From positions 990,001 through 1,022,000 of the forward strand of contig CP010424.1 in the NCBI GenBank assembly GCA_000830275.1: DNA of 32,000 nt, in the 5' to 3' direction. The position numbers and the translations under genes are program-made. Positions within the stretch are counted from its first letter, which is position 1. Every line of letters starts with the position of its first letter. Below the pieces are notes generated by a model that saw only the letters and a list, made by a program, of their open reading frames with translations, did no database searches and was not told the DNA's origin. The stretch is from an archaeon GW2011_AR10. Its GTDB lineage: Archaea; Iainarchaeota; Iainarchaeia; Iainarchaeales; GW2011-AR10. This document shows, piece by piece, positions 1 through 5,989 of the stretch.

Positions 1-318
1 CTGGAAAATAACAAGGTGATTAAGGCTTATTCTGTGGAACTGGATTACGAGAATATGGGCTATGAGTTACAAGCCATAACTTCAATTATTGTTTCTAAAG
101 GGAAACTAAATCAGGTTGAAAACAAAATAGCTGTGCACCCGAACGTTACAGCGGTTTACGATATTACGGGCCACTTTGATGTTTTAGTTATTTCGAGGTT
201 TAAGACAAGGAGAGGCCTTGACGAGTTCCTGAAAAAAATCCAGACATACGAGTTCGTGGAAAAGACTGAAACTGACATAATTTTGAACACCATTAAGCGG
301 GCTCCGTTAAAGGTTTGA
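1..318 (+). CDS. Lrp/AsnC-family transcriptional regulator, C-terminal effector (RAM) domain; 5' end lies outside the window
   Basis: Frame 1 is open from base 1 (LENNKVIKAYSV...), so the GTG at 16 is probably internal. The sequence fits the linker plus AsnC-type ligand-binding domain (VIKAYSVELDYENMGYELQAITSI...VTAVYDITGHFDVLVISRF...LDEFL). No HTH is visible because it would lie upstream. Confidence 0.6.
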   Translation: MENNKVIKAYSVELDYENMGYELQAITSIIVSKGKLNQVENKIAVHPNVTAVYDITGHFDVLVISRFKTRRGLDEFLKKIQTYEFVEKTETDIILNTIKRAPLKV

Positions 319-1001
319 CCTGCACCGGAAATGAGGCGCTTCGAAAAGCAGTTAATAGTGAAATAGTTTATTCTGTAATGTATTCTCCTTCTGAACTAGA
401 ACTGGTTGGCGCTATTATTGGAGATGGGCACATTCATGCCAAACCACCTAAATATTATTTTGGTTTAACTGGAAATAAGGTGACTGACAGGGAATACTTT
501 GCAAAGCTCTCAGCTTTGATTAGTAGTGTTTGGAATAAAAATGCAAGAGTATTTGAGAGCAGTGGTGGTTTAAGAATAAGAGTTTATTCTAAAAAGATAG
601 TTCATAAACTCATTAATGATTTTAGCATCCCCTTTAATGCTGGAAAGTGTTATTCAGTCAAAATTCCCGGCGTGTTTCTCAAAGACTATTCCAAGTCAAA
701 GCACATTATTCGCGGCATAGCGGATACTGATGGCTCCGTGTTTGTTTCTGACAAGCCCGGCGCCATGGATTACCCTTCTTTGGAAATAACCACTGTAAGC
801 AAAGAGTTGGCGGAGAATATTTGGGAAATTTTAATTAAAAATGGTTTTAGGGTGGCTAGAATAAGGAAATCAAGGTCTCGCCTGAGTAAATCCGATGCTT
901 ATAAGGTTTGTTTGTATGGAAAAGCAAATTTGAAGAAGTGGATTGAGGAAATAGGTTTTTCAAATCCCCATAAATACCTAAAAGCGGTTTCATTTCTTTA
1001 A
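315..1001 (+). CDS. Free-standing double-motif LAGLIDADG homing-endonuclease-like protein
   Basis: Two LAGLIDADG-type motifs sit about 100 aa apart (LVGAIIGDGHI and IIRGIADTDGSVF). The size fits monomeric I-DmoI-like enzymes. The ORF-track start at 315 is TTG and overlaps the upstream stop (GTTTGA). The first ATG is at 378. Confidence 0.75.
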   Translation: MTCTGNEALRKAVNSEIVYSVMYSPSELELVGAIIGDGHIHAKPPKYYFGLTGNKVTDREYFAKLSALISSVWNKNARVFESSGGLRIRVYSKKIVHKLINDFSIPFNAGKCYSVKIPGVFLKDYSKSKHIIRGIADTDGSVFVSDKPGAMDYPSLEITTVSKELAENIWEILIKNGFRVARIRKSRSRLSKSDAYKVCLYGKANLKKWIEEIGFSNPHKYLKAVSFL

Positions 1002-1008
1002 GACATGC

Positions 1009-1016
1009 TTTTAAAC
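1009..1016 (+). promoter_or_regulatory. Candidate archaeal TATA box for tRNA-Phe
   Basis: TTTTAAAC lies about 30 nt upstream of the tRNA 5' end at 1045, which is the spacing expected for an archaeal TATA element with a short leader. Confidence 0.35.
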
Positions 1017-1044
1017 TTTCTTTTGCAAGAATTGTTTTGTTTGG

Positions 1045-1212
1045 GGGAAGGTAGCTCAGCCTGGGAGAGCACATGACCGGCACAAGCTTGCCTGTTAGTG
1101 ACTTGTTTTGCCAGTGTGTAGCTGAAGATGGGGCAACATTGTTTTGTTGTTTTAATCTTCGTTGCTCTCAGCGGTGACCATGGTGTCGCGGGTTCAAATC
1201 CCGCTCTTCCCA
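1045..1212 (+). tRNA. tRNA-Phe(GAA) with two introns. Exons 1045-1075, 1121-1127 and 1177-1212; introns 1076-1120 (Sprinzl 30/31) and 1128-1176 (37/38)
   Basis: Acceptor GGGAAGG pairs with TCTTCCC (one G-U) and the discriminator is A. D arm is GCTC-AGCCTGGGA-GAGC. T arm is GCGGG-TTCAAAT-CCCGC. Joining the three exons gives anticodon stem CATGG/CCATG and the classical Phe loop CTGAAGA, for 74 nt with no encoded CCA. Both introns fold into BHB-like motifs with splice sites 2 nt into 3-nt bulges. Confidence 0.85.
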
Positions 1213-1231
1213 TTAACTGTCCTCATCTGAA

Positions 1232-1797
1232 TTACTTGGAGGGAACTTTTCCGCGGAGCTTGTTTGAAAAGAATGCTTTGCTGTATTTCCAGTAAGCTTT
1301 GGCTTTATTTTTTTTCCAGAGTTCGTAGAATTTCCTGTACTCGTCGTATACTTCCTGAGTTGTTGGGGGAAATTTTTTTAGTGTGTAATGAATTCCAATA
1401 AGACCGGGCCCTAACTTATCATATATTCCTTTAATGTCTTTTGGCAGGGCATCATATTCTTCTCTTGCCAAAGGCCTAATTCCCACTAAAGCAAGTCGCC
1501 TTTCAAAAAAGAAATAATTTGGGGGAGTTCATCAATGTGTGTTCTCCGTAAAAACCTTGCAAACTTATTAATCACCCTTGGATCTTGGCTCTTGATTTCA
1601 AATTTCTGGGTTATTGAAGTAGTTGTTGGGTATAAGTTCCCTCTTTCTTCCGCAGCTCCTCTTTTCATTGTCCTAATTTTGGTAATTGTAATAGGTAAAC
1701 CGCCTTTTCCAACTCTTTCACCGCGATGAAAAAGAAATGTGTCCTTGCGCTTCGGCATTAAGAAAGAACAGGGTTTTGAAGAATATAATGATTGCAC
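1232..1797 (-). pseudogene. Decayed bacterial-type sugar transferase (polyprenyl-phosphate hexose-1-P transferase, Bac_transf/PglC-like), N-terminally truncated and frameshifted
   Basis: ORF 1486-1797 carries GERVGKGGLPITITKIRTM...DPRVINKFARFLRRTHIDELPQIISFLKGDLL and stops at TAG. The family motif continues in the -1 frame as (L)VGIRPLAREEY...GPGLIG (ORF 1232-1486). The N-terminal membrane re-entrant helix that normally precedes the GKxGxPFxxxKFRTM motif is absent, leaving only about 20 aa upstream. Confidence 0.65.
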
Positions 1798-1814
1798 ACT
1801 CCATTAAAACAAAT

Positions 1815-1824
1815 TTTTAAATAG
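1815..1824 (+). promoter_or_regulatory. Candidate archaeal TATA box for tRNA-Lys
   Basis: TTTTTAAATA is centred about 31 nt upstream of the tRNA 5' end at 1851. Confidence 0.35.
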
Positions 1825-1850
1825 GTTTGAATACATTGTTTTACTATAAT

Positions 1851-1981
1851 GGGCCCATAGCTCAGTCTGGTAGAGCACTTGATTTTTCGAAGCTTTTTAG
1901 GCTTGGAAGAGGTGCGGCTCTTAAACGCTTTCCAGAAGTAGGGTGACCAAGGTGTCGAGGGTTCGAATCCCTCTGGGCTCG
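1851..1981 (+). tRNA. tRNA-Lys(CUU) with two introns. Exons 1851-1881, 1917-1923 and 1946-1981; introns 1882-1916 (30/31) and 1924-1945 (37/38)
   Basis: Acceptor GGGCCCA pairs with TGGGCTC (G2-U71) and the discriminator is G. D arm is GCTC-AGTCTGGTA-GAGC. T arm is GAGGG-TTCGAAT-CCCTC. The spliced product has stem CTTGG/CCAAG and loop CTCTTAA, and reads like typical archaeal tRNA-Lys (GGGCCC.TAGCTCAGTCTGGTAGAGC....GGCTCTTAACC...GTCGAGGGTTCGAATCCCT). All four splice sites lie in 3-nt bulges flanking 4-bp helices. Confidence 0.88.
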
Positions 1982-2170
1982 CTAAAACGGAAAGGTCCGT
2001 TTACGACCTATATGTGTGCCATCTTCGATGGCACGGTAATTTTGCTCCGTTTACAAAGTGTGCCATTTTCAATGGCCCTGTTAGGTCTTTCGAGCCTCGC
2101 TAAAACGGAAAGCGCCGTTTACACGTTATACATGTCCCTTCTTTGAAGGGGCGGTAGTATTAAACCTCAG
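1978..2170. repeat. Array of related hairpin units directly downstream of tRNA-Lys, including a 28-nt imperfect direct repeat that starts inside the tRNA 3' end
   Basis: CTCGCTAAAACGGAAAG(GT/CG)CCGTTTAC occurs at 1978-2004 and 2096-2122, each forming the hairpin AAACGG/CCGTTT. CCGTTTAC occurs three times (1997, 2047, 2115). Each copy is followed by a stem with a 3-nt loop: GTGCCATC-TTC-GATGGCAC (2016-2034), GCCATT-TTC-AATGGC (2062-2076) and GTCCCTTC-TTT-GAAGGGGC (2134-2152). Confidence 0.7.
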
Positions 2171-2190
2171 CCGGCAAGGTGCGGGTGCTG

Positions 2191-2583
2191 TCATTCAATG
2201 CACTTATTTGGAACGCCTTTAAACCTTGCTGTGTCAAGTAGTTCAAAGAATTTTGCTTCATCTTCCTTGCTTATTAGCAGCGAGATTTCATCCCCTCTTG
2301 GGCAGTTGCATGCAAGGCACACTGTTTCATATTTTTCTTGTTTCTGGAAGTCAAATGTCTCCACGCTGTTTTTCTCAAAGTAAAACCTTATTAGGTCTTC
2401 CTCTTCCTCCTCCGGATATCTTTGCTCGCAGTTGTTGATGAAGTAGTCTATTTCCCATGCGTTGCCCCCACATTGAACCGGCTCAACTGACACCCATTTC
2501 TTTGAATTATCGATTGTTGTGCACCCTGAAACCGCTACAATAAGAATTGTTCCGACAATTGCGGCAAGGTTCTCGTTCCCCAT
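2191..2583 (-). CDS. Hypothetical secreted Cys-rich protein with a lipobox-like signal peptide
   Basis: The N-terminus has a hydrophobic segment ending AVSGC (MGNENLAAIVGTILIVAVSGCTT). The mature part holds 7 further Cys, including CLACNCPRG. I recognise no family. Confidence 0.55.
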   Translation of the reverse strand: MGNENLAAIVGTILIVAVSGCTTIDNSKKWVSVEPVQCGGNAWEIDYFINNCEQRYPEEEEEDLIRFYFEKNSVETFDFQKQEKYETVCLACNCPRGDEISLLISKEDEAKFFELLDTARFKGVPNKCIE

Positions 2584-2659
2584 AGCGCATACTGTTGTGC
2601 GTATTTTAATATTTAAATATTACCAATGAAAATATTATAGGCTTTTTTCAGGTGTTTTT

Positions 2660-3664
2660 GTGGGAACTGTAATGCAGGGCGCAGTCAACGCGACAAAGTG
2701 TGTTTCTTTGCGCAGAAACGAGCCAGTGCTGATTTTAGCAGAAAAGGCAAACATCAGGGTTGGGGATGCGCTGAGAAGAGCCTGTGAGAAAAAAACCAAG
2801 CGCATTGATTTTTTTGTTATGGAGCAGTTTGGAAAGCGCCCTCTGCGTTTTTTGCCTGAAGAGCTAAGAGAGGCAGCAAAGAGATGCAAAGTTGCTTTTT
2901 CAACTGTTGGGTCATCCAGGAAAGGAAAACTAAATGAGCGCTTTACTGTAAGGAAGCCGTTGACCGATCTTTTGATGAAACATAATGTCCGTTTTGCTGC
3001 AATGGTCGGGGTTGATGAGGAGTGCATGAAGCAGGGAATGTGCGTTGATTACAAGAAAATTCAGCTGGCTTGCAAGGCGCTTTACAGCGTAGTGAAGAAT
3101 GCAAAGCAAATCACTGTAAGCAGCCCGCATGGAACAGCATTGGTTGTGGATTTTTCTCCGAAGCTGAAGTGGCTTGTGGCAGACGGAAACATTGAGCCAG
3201 GCACTTGGAGTAATCTTCCTGATGGTGAAGTGTTTACTTGCCCGGCAAATGTGAATGGCATTGCAGTAATCAATGGCTCTTTGGGGGATGTTTTTTCCCG
3301 CAAGTACAAGTCCTTGGAGAAAACCCCTGTGCGCTGGCACATTGTTGATTCAAGGATTGTTGCAGTGGAATGCCATCAGAATAGAAAGCTTGAGGCTGAG
3401 TTCAAGAGGTACATAAAGCTTGACCGCAATTCCAACAGAATAGGGGAATTTGCGGTGGGCGCAAACTATGGGGTAAAAAAAATTATTGGCAACCTGTTGC
3501 AGGATGAAAAAATTGTTGGGGTTCACATGGCTGCAGGCTATCCCTACCCTGAACTAACTGGCGCGAAGTGGAACAGCAAGGTTCACTGTGATGGGGTAAT
3601 TACAAAACCCACTGTTTTTGTTGACGGAATGCTTTTGATGGATAACGGCAAATTCGTTTTTTAG
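2660..3664 (+). CDS. M29-family (AmpS/PepS/aminopeptidase T-like) aminopeptidase
   Basis: The C-terminal half carries GEFAVGANYGV...GNLLQDEKIVGVHMAAGYPY...VHCDGVI, matching the metal-binding region of thermophilic M29 aminopeptidases as I remember it. The start is uncertain (GTG 2660 or ATG 2672). Confidence 0.55.
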   Translation: MGTVMQGAVNATKCVSLRRNEPVLILAEKANIRVGDALRRACEKKTKRIDFFVMEQFGKRPLRFLPEELREAAKRCKVAFSTVGSSRKGKLNERFTVRKPLTDLLMKHNVRFAAMVGVDEECMKQGMCVDYKKIQLACKALYSVVKNAKQITVSSPHGTALVVDFSPKLKWLVADGNIEPGTWSNLPDGEVFTCPANVNGIAVINGSLGDVFSRKYKSLEKTPVRWHIVDSRIVAVECHQNRKLEAEFKRYIKLDRNSNRIGEFAVGANYGVKKIIGNLLQDEKIVGVHMAAGYPYPELTGAKWNSKVHCDGVITKPTVFVDGMLLMDNGKFVF

Positions 3665-3700
3665 TGGGTTTTAAAAGGTTTTAGCCTTAGTCTTTTGTGA

Positions 3701-5851
3701 GTGGGAAGCTTGGTTAAGCGTTTTTTGTTTGCTTTTTTTGTACTGCTTTTAGCTGCCGTCGTTTTTGGTTTGGATGGTCCAACGATTTCAAGTTCAACCC
3801 ATCCTGATTCAGGGCTTTGGTATAAGGAAACCAGGCCTGCTTTTGAGTGGGAGGTGCTTGATGGGGCAACCGCGCACAGCTATGCTTTGGGCATGGAGGC
3901 TGAAACCGCGCCTGATGAAATTTCGGAAGGAATCGGAAATTCTTTTCGTGCCCCCCCAAAAATTGATGGTCTTTGGTTTTTTCATGTTCGCTCTAAGGTC
4001 GGGGGCCAGTGGACTGATGCAAGTCACTACTCGCTGAAAATTGACCACACTGCCCCGATGTCCCCTCAAAATGTTGAAGCAACTCCAACTGATGACGGAA
4101 ACATAAGAGTTTCTTGGGATGCTGCCTTTGATGAGAGTTCTGGTGTTGACCACTATGTTTTGTTCAGGGCATTTCAGAAAGACTTTGACATCCGCGATCC
4201 AGCCACGGTTGTGCTGTCAGACAACATTGTTGGAACAAGCTTTGTTGAAGAGGAATTGGTTGAGGGCAGAACCTACCATTACAGGGTGCGGGCAGTTGAC
4301 AAGGCAGATAACTTGGGGGGGATTTCAAAGTCTGTTTTCACTAAGCCCAAGTCCTTTTGTGACCTGGAAATTTCTTTCACTCCGTCATTAGAGCAGGAAA
4401 CTCTTTCAATTAGTGTGGAGTCTCAGGGCGGAGAACTCTATCATGCAAATTTTTTCGTGACTGTGCCTGGCAAAGAACGTGAAATGATTGCAGAAAACAT
4501 TACTTATGCAAGCCTTATTGCAAGAGAAGTTGACTTGTTAGGGGTTGAGGATGGCAACATATTGTTTGAGCTTGAAGCGGAAGACAATGATGTTGATGAC
4601 TGCAGCATTCAATTCACTTATTTTTTGGACAGGGTTGGCCCTAGTGGCGGCTGGCTTTCTCCGCCAGAAAACTTGAAGCTGTTAGATGTTGTTGAGTTGA
4701 AGGTGGAAGCAGTTGATTCTGGTATTAATCCTTCAGGCATTAAATCAGTTGAGTTTCTTTACCGAGAAGATGTAGATGCTTCAATTGGTTTTGCAGAGCG
4801 GGTTTCTGAGCGGGAGTTTTCCTTGGACTGGAACACGCTTAGTGCACCAAACGGCCGTTATGCCGTGATTGCAAGAATCCTTGATTTTGGTGGCAACAAT
4901 GTGGAGTTGTCGCGCTCAGTTTCAGTTGAGAACACTGCTTTGCTTTTAAGCGAAATATCAGGCCTGCTCTCTCAGGCAGGTGAAGAAAAATCGAAAGCCG
5001 AGAAACTCAAGGGCACTTTAATTGCAGCTGGCCTGCAGGATGCAGAGTTTTTTTCTATTTTAGGGCAGGCTGATGGAAATTATGCCAAGGCATCTGACCT
5101 TCTTGAAAGGCAGGTTTTCCTTGAAACTGCATTGGTGCATGCATTGAATGCAAAAGAGCTTTTCGAGCAAGCCGCTGAATCAGTTTCAGTTGAGCGCTAT
5201 AATAACCTTTACGTGGTGTTTGAGCCTAACTCTGAAGCTGAAGCTTTCAGAGAGGCTGGCCTCAAGGAAGAACTTGTGGGGGAAGCTGCTTCAAATCTGC
5301 AGGAGCTATCGGTTTCAAGGCGCATTGAAGTGAATAAAATCAGCGATTCTAATGGGGTGTTCTATGTTGCTGTTATACTAATTTCTTTTCGCGATGTCAA
5401 TGAGTCAACGCCTGTTCAGATAGTTGAGGTTATCCCGAAAACAGTTGCAGCTAATGCTTCAGATATTATTTCTTCAACAGATTTTGAGGTATTTAATGCA
5501 GATCCAGTAATTAAATTTGATGCAGATGTTATGGAAACCAACTATATTTCTTACGCTCTCGCCAAGCGCTTTTCAAAAGAGGAAGCAGATGCATTTGCTG
5601 AAAGCAATCCCAATAAAGAGTTTTTGGTGCCGCCAATCGTTTTAGGCTCTTCAGCTAGCGTGAACAGCGGAATCATAGTTGAAAGATTTGATACAGAGAA
5701 GCTATTTGGGGGGGTTTCCTCTTTTTTCTCTTCACAGGATGCATGGGTTTTTGTGCTGGCGGGCGTGCTTGTTGTGCTGTTCCTGTTTTTAGTGATTGTG
5801 GTGCTGGCAGTTTCAATCATAATCTTTATTCTGGTTAAGAGGAGGAGGTAG
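3701..5851 (+). CDS. Large surface protein with N-terminal signal/anchor, an STHPD...WY module, an FN3-like domain and a C-terminal TM anchor
   Basis: N-terminal hydrophobic segment is FLFAFFVLLLAAVVFG. The module reads SSTHPDSGLWYKETRPAFEWE...DGLWFFHVRSKVGGQWTD...IDHTAP. The FN3-like stretch reads PQNVEATPTDDGNIRVSWDAA...VDHYVLFRA...RTYHYRVRAVDKADN. The C-terminal TM is VFVLAGVLVVLFLFLVIVVLAVSIIIFILV followed by KRRR. Confidence 0.7.
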   Translation: MGSLVKRFLFAFFVLLLAAVVFGLDGPTISSSTHPDSGLWYKETRPAFEWEVLDGATAHSYALGMEAETAPDEISEGIGNSFRAPPKIDGLWFFHVRSKVGGQWTDASHYSLKIDHTAPMSPQNVEATPTDDGNIRVSWDAAFDESSGVDHYVLFRAFQKDFDIRDPATVVLSDNIVGTSFVEEELVEGRTYHYRVRAVDKADNLGGISKSVFTKPKSFCDLEISFTPSLEQETLSISVESQGGELYHANFFVTVPGKEREMIAENITYASLIAREVDLLGVEDGNILFELEAEDNDVDDCSIQFTYFLDRVGPSGGWLSPPENLKLLDVVELKVEAVDSGINPSGIKSVEFLYREDVDASIGFAERVSEREFSLDWNTLSAPNGRYAVIARILDFGGNNVELSRSVSVENTALLLSEISGLLSQAGEEKSKAEKLKGTLIAAGLQDAEFFSILGQADGNYAKASDLLERQVFLETALVHALNAKELFEQAAESVSVERYNNLYVVFEPNSEAEAFREAGLKEELVGEAASNLQELSVSRRIEVNKISDSNGVFYVAVILISFRDVNESTPVQIVEVIPKTVAANASDIISSTDFEVFNADPVIKFDADVMETNYISYALAKRFSKEEADAFAESNPNKEFLVPPIVLGSSASVNSGIIVERFDTEKLFGGVSSFFSSQDAWVFVLAGVLVVLFLFLVIVVLAVSIIIFILVKRRR

Positions 5852-5861
5852 CCGGCATATG

Positions 5862-5901
5862 GCAAAAAGCAGAAATATTTTGGCAGCCAATTGCTTTTTG
5901 C
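5862..5901 (+). terminator. Hairpin downstream of the surface-protein gene (10-bp stem)
   Basis: GCAAAAAGCA (5862-5871) pairs with TGCTTTTTGC (5892-5901) across a 20-nt loop, 11 nt after the stop. Archaeal termination does not need hairpins, so the function is uncertain. Confidence 0.25.
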
Positions 5902-5989
5902 ACACAGGAAACCGCCATAAAGTGCTCAAAAAAATTAAATCAGTCCGCTATAGACTTAATTATTTTGCTTTTAATTAATTTTTGGGGTT

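Noticed and set aside
1165-1171. The loop-like heptamer CTCTCAG (anticodon CUC) just upstream of the tRNA 3' half suggested at first a tRNA-Glu(CUC) with one long intron.
   Set aside because: Using it would require removing a 6-nt segment (CGGTGA) with no BHB geometry. The D arm, T arm and A73 discriminator are Phe-like, not Glu-like. GCTGAAG at 1121-1127 gives the canonical Phe loop with two well-formed BHB motifs, and CTCTCA instead forms the inner helix of intron 2.
856-1213. Minus-strand ORFs 856-1083 and 998-1213, and plus-strand ORF 1943-2146.
   Set aside because: They overlap the LAGLIDADG gene, the tRNA genes or the hairpin-repeat array. They show no recognisable motifs and are explained by the tRNA or repeat sequence itself.
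1484-1490. Possible programmed -1 ribosomal frameshift joining the two sugar-transferase ORFs.
   Set aside because: The gene also lacks its essential N-terminal membrane helix. I see no convincing slippery heptamer or downstream structure. Decay, or a homopolymer sequencing error, is the simpler explanation.
1978-2122. An integrated element bounded by att-like direct repeats at the tRNA-Lys 3' end.
   Set aside because: Only about 117 bp lie between the repeats, and no integrase is present. At most this is a remnant, so it is reported as a repeat/hairpin array rather than a mobile element.
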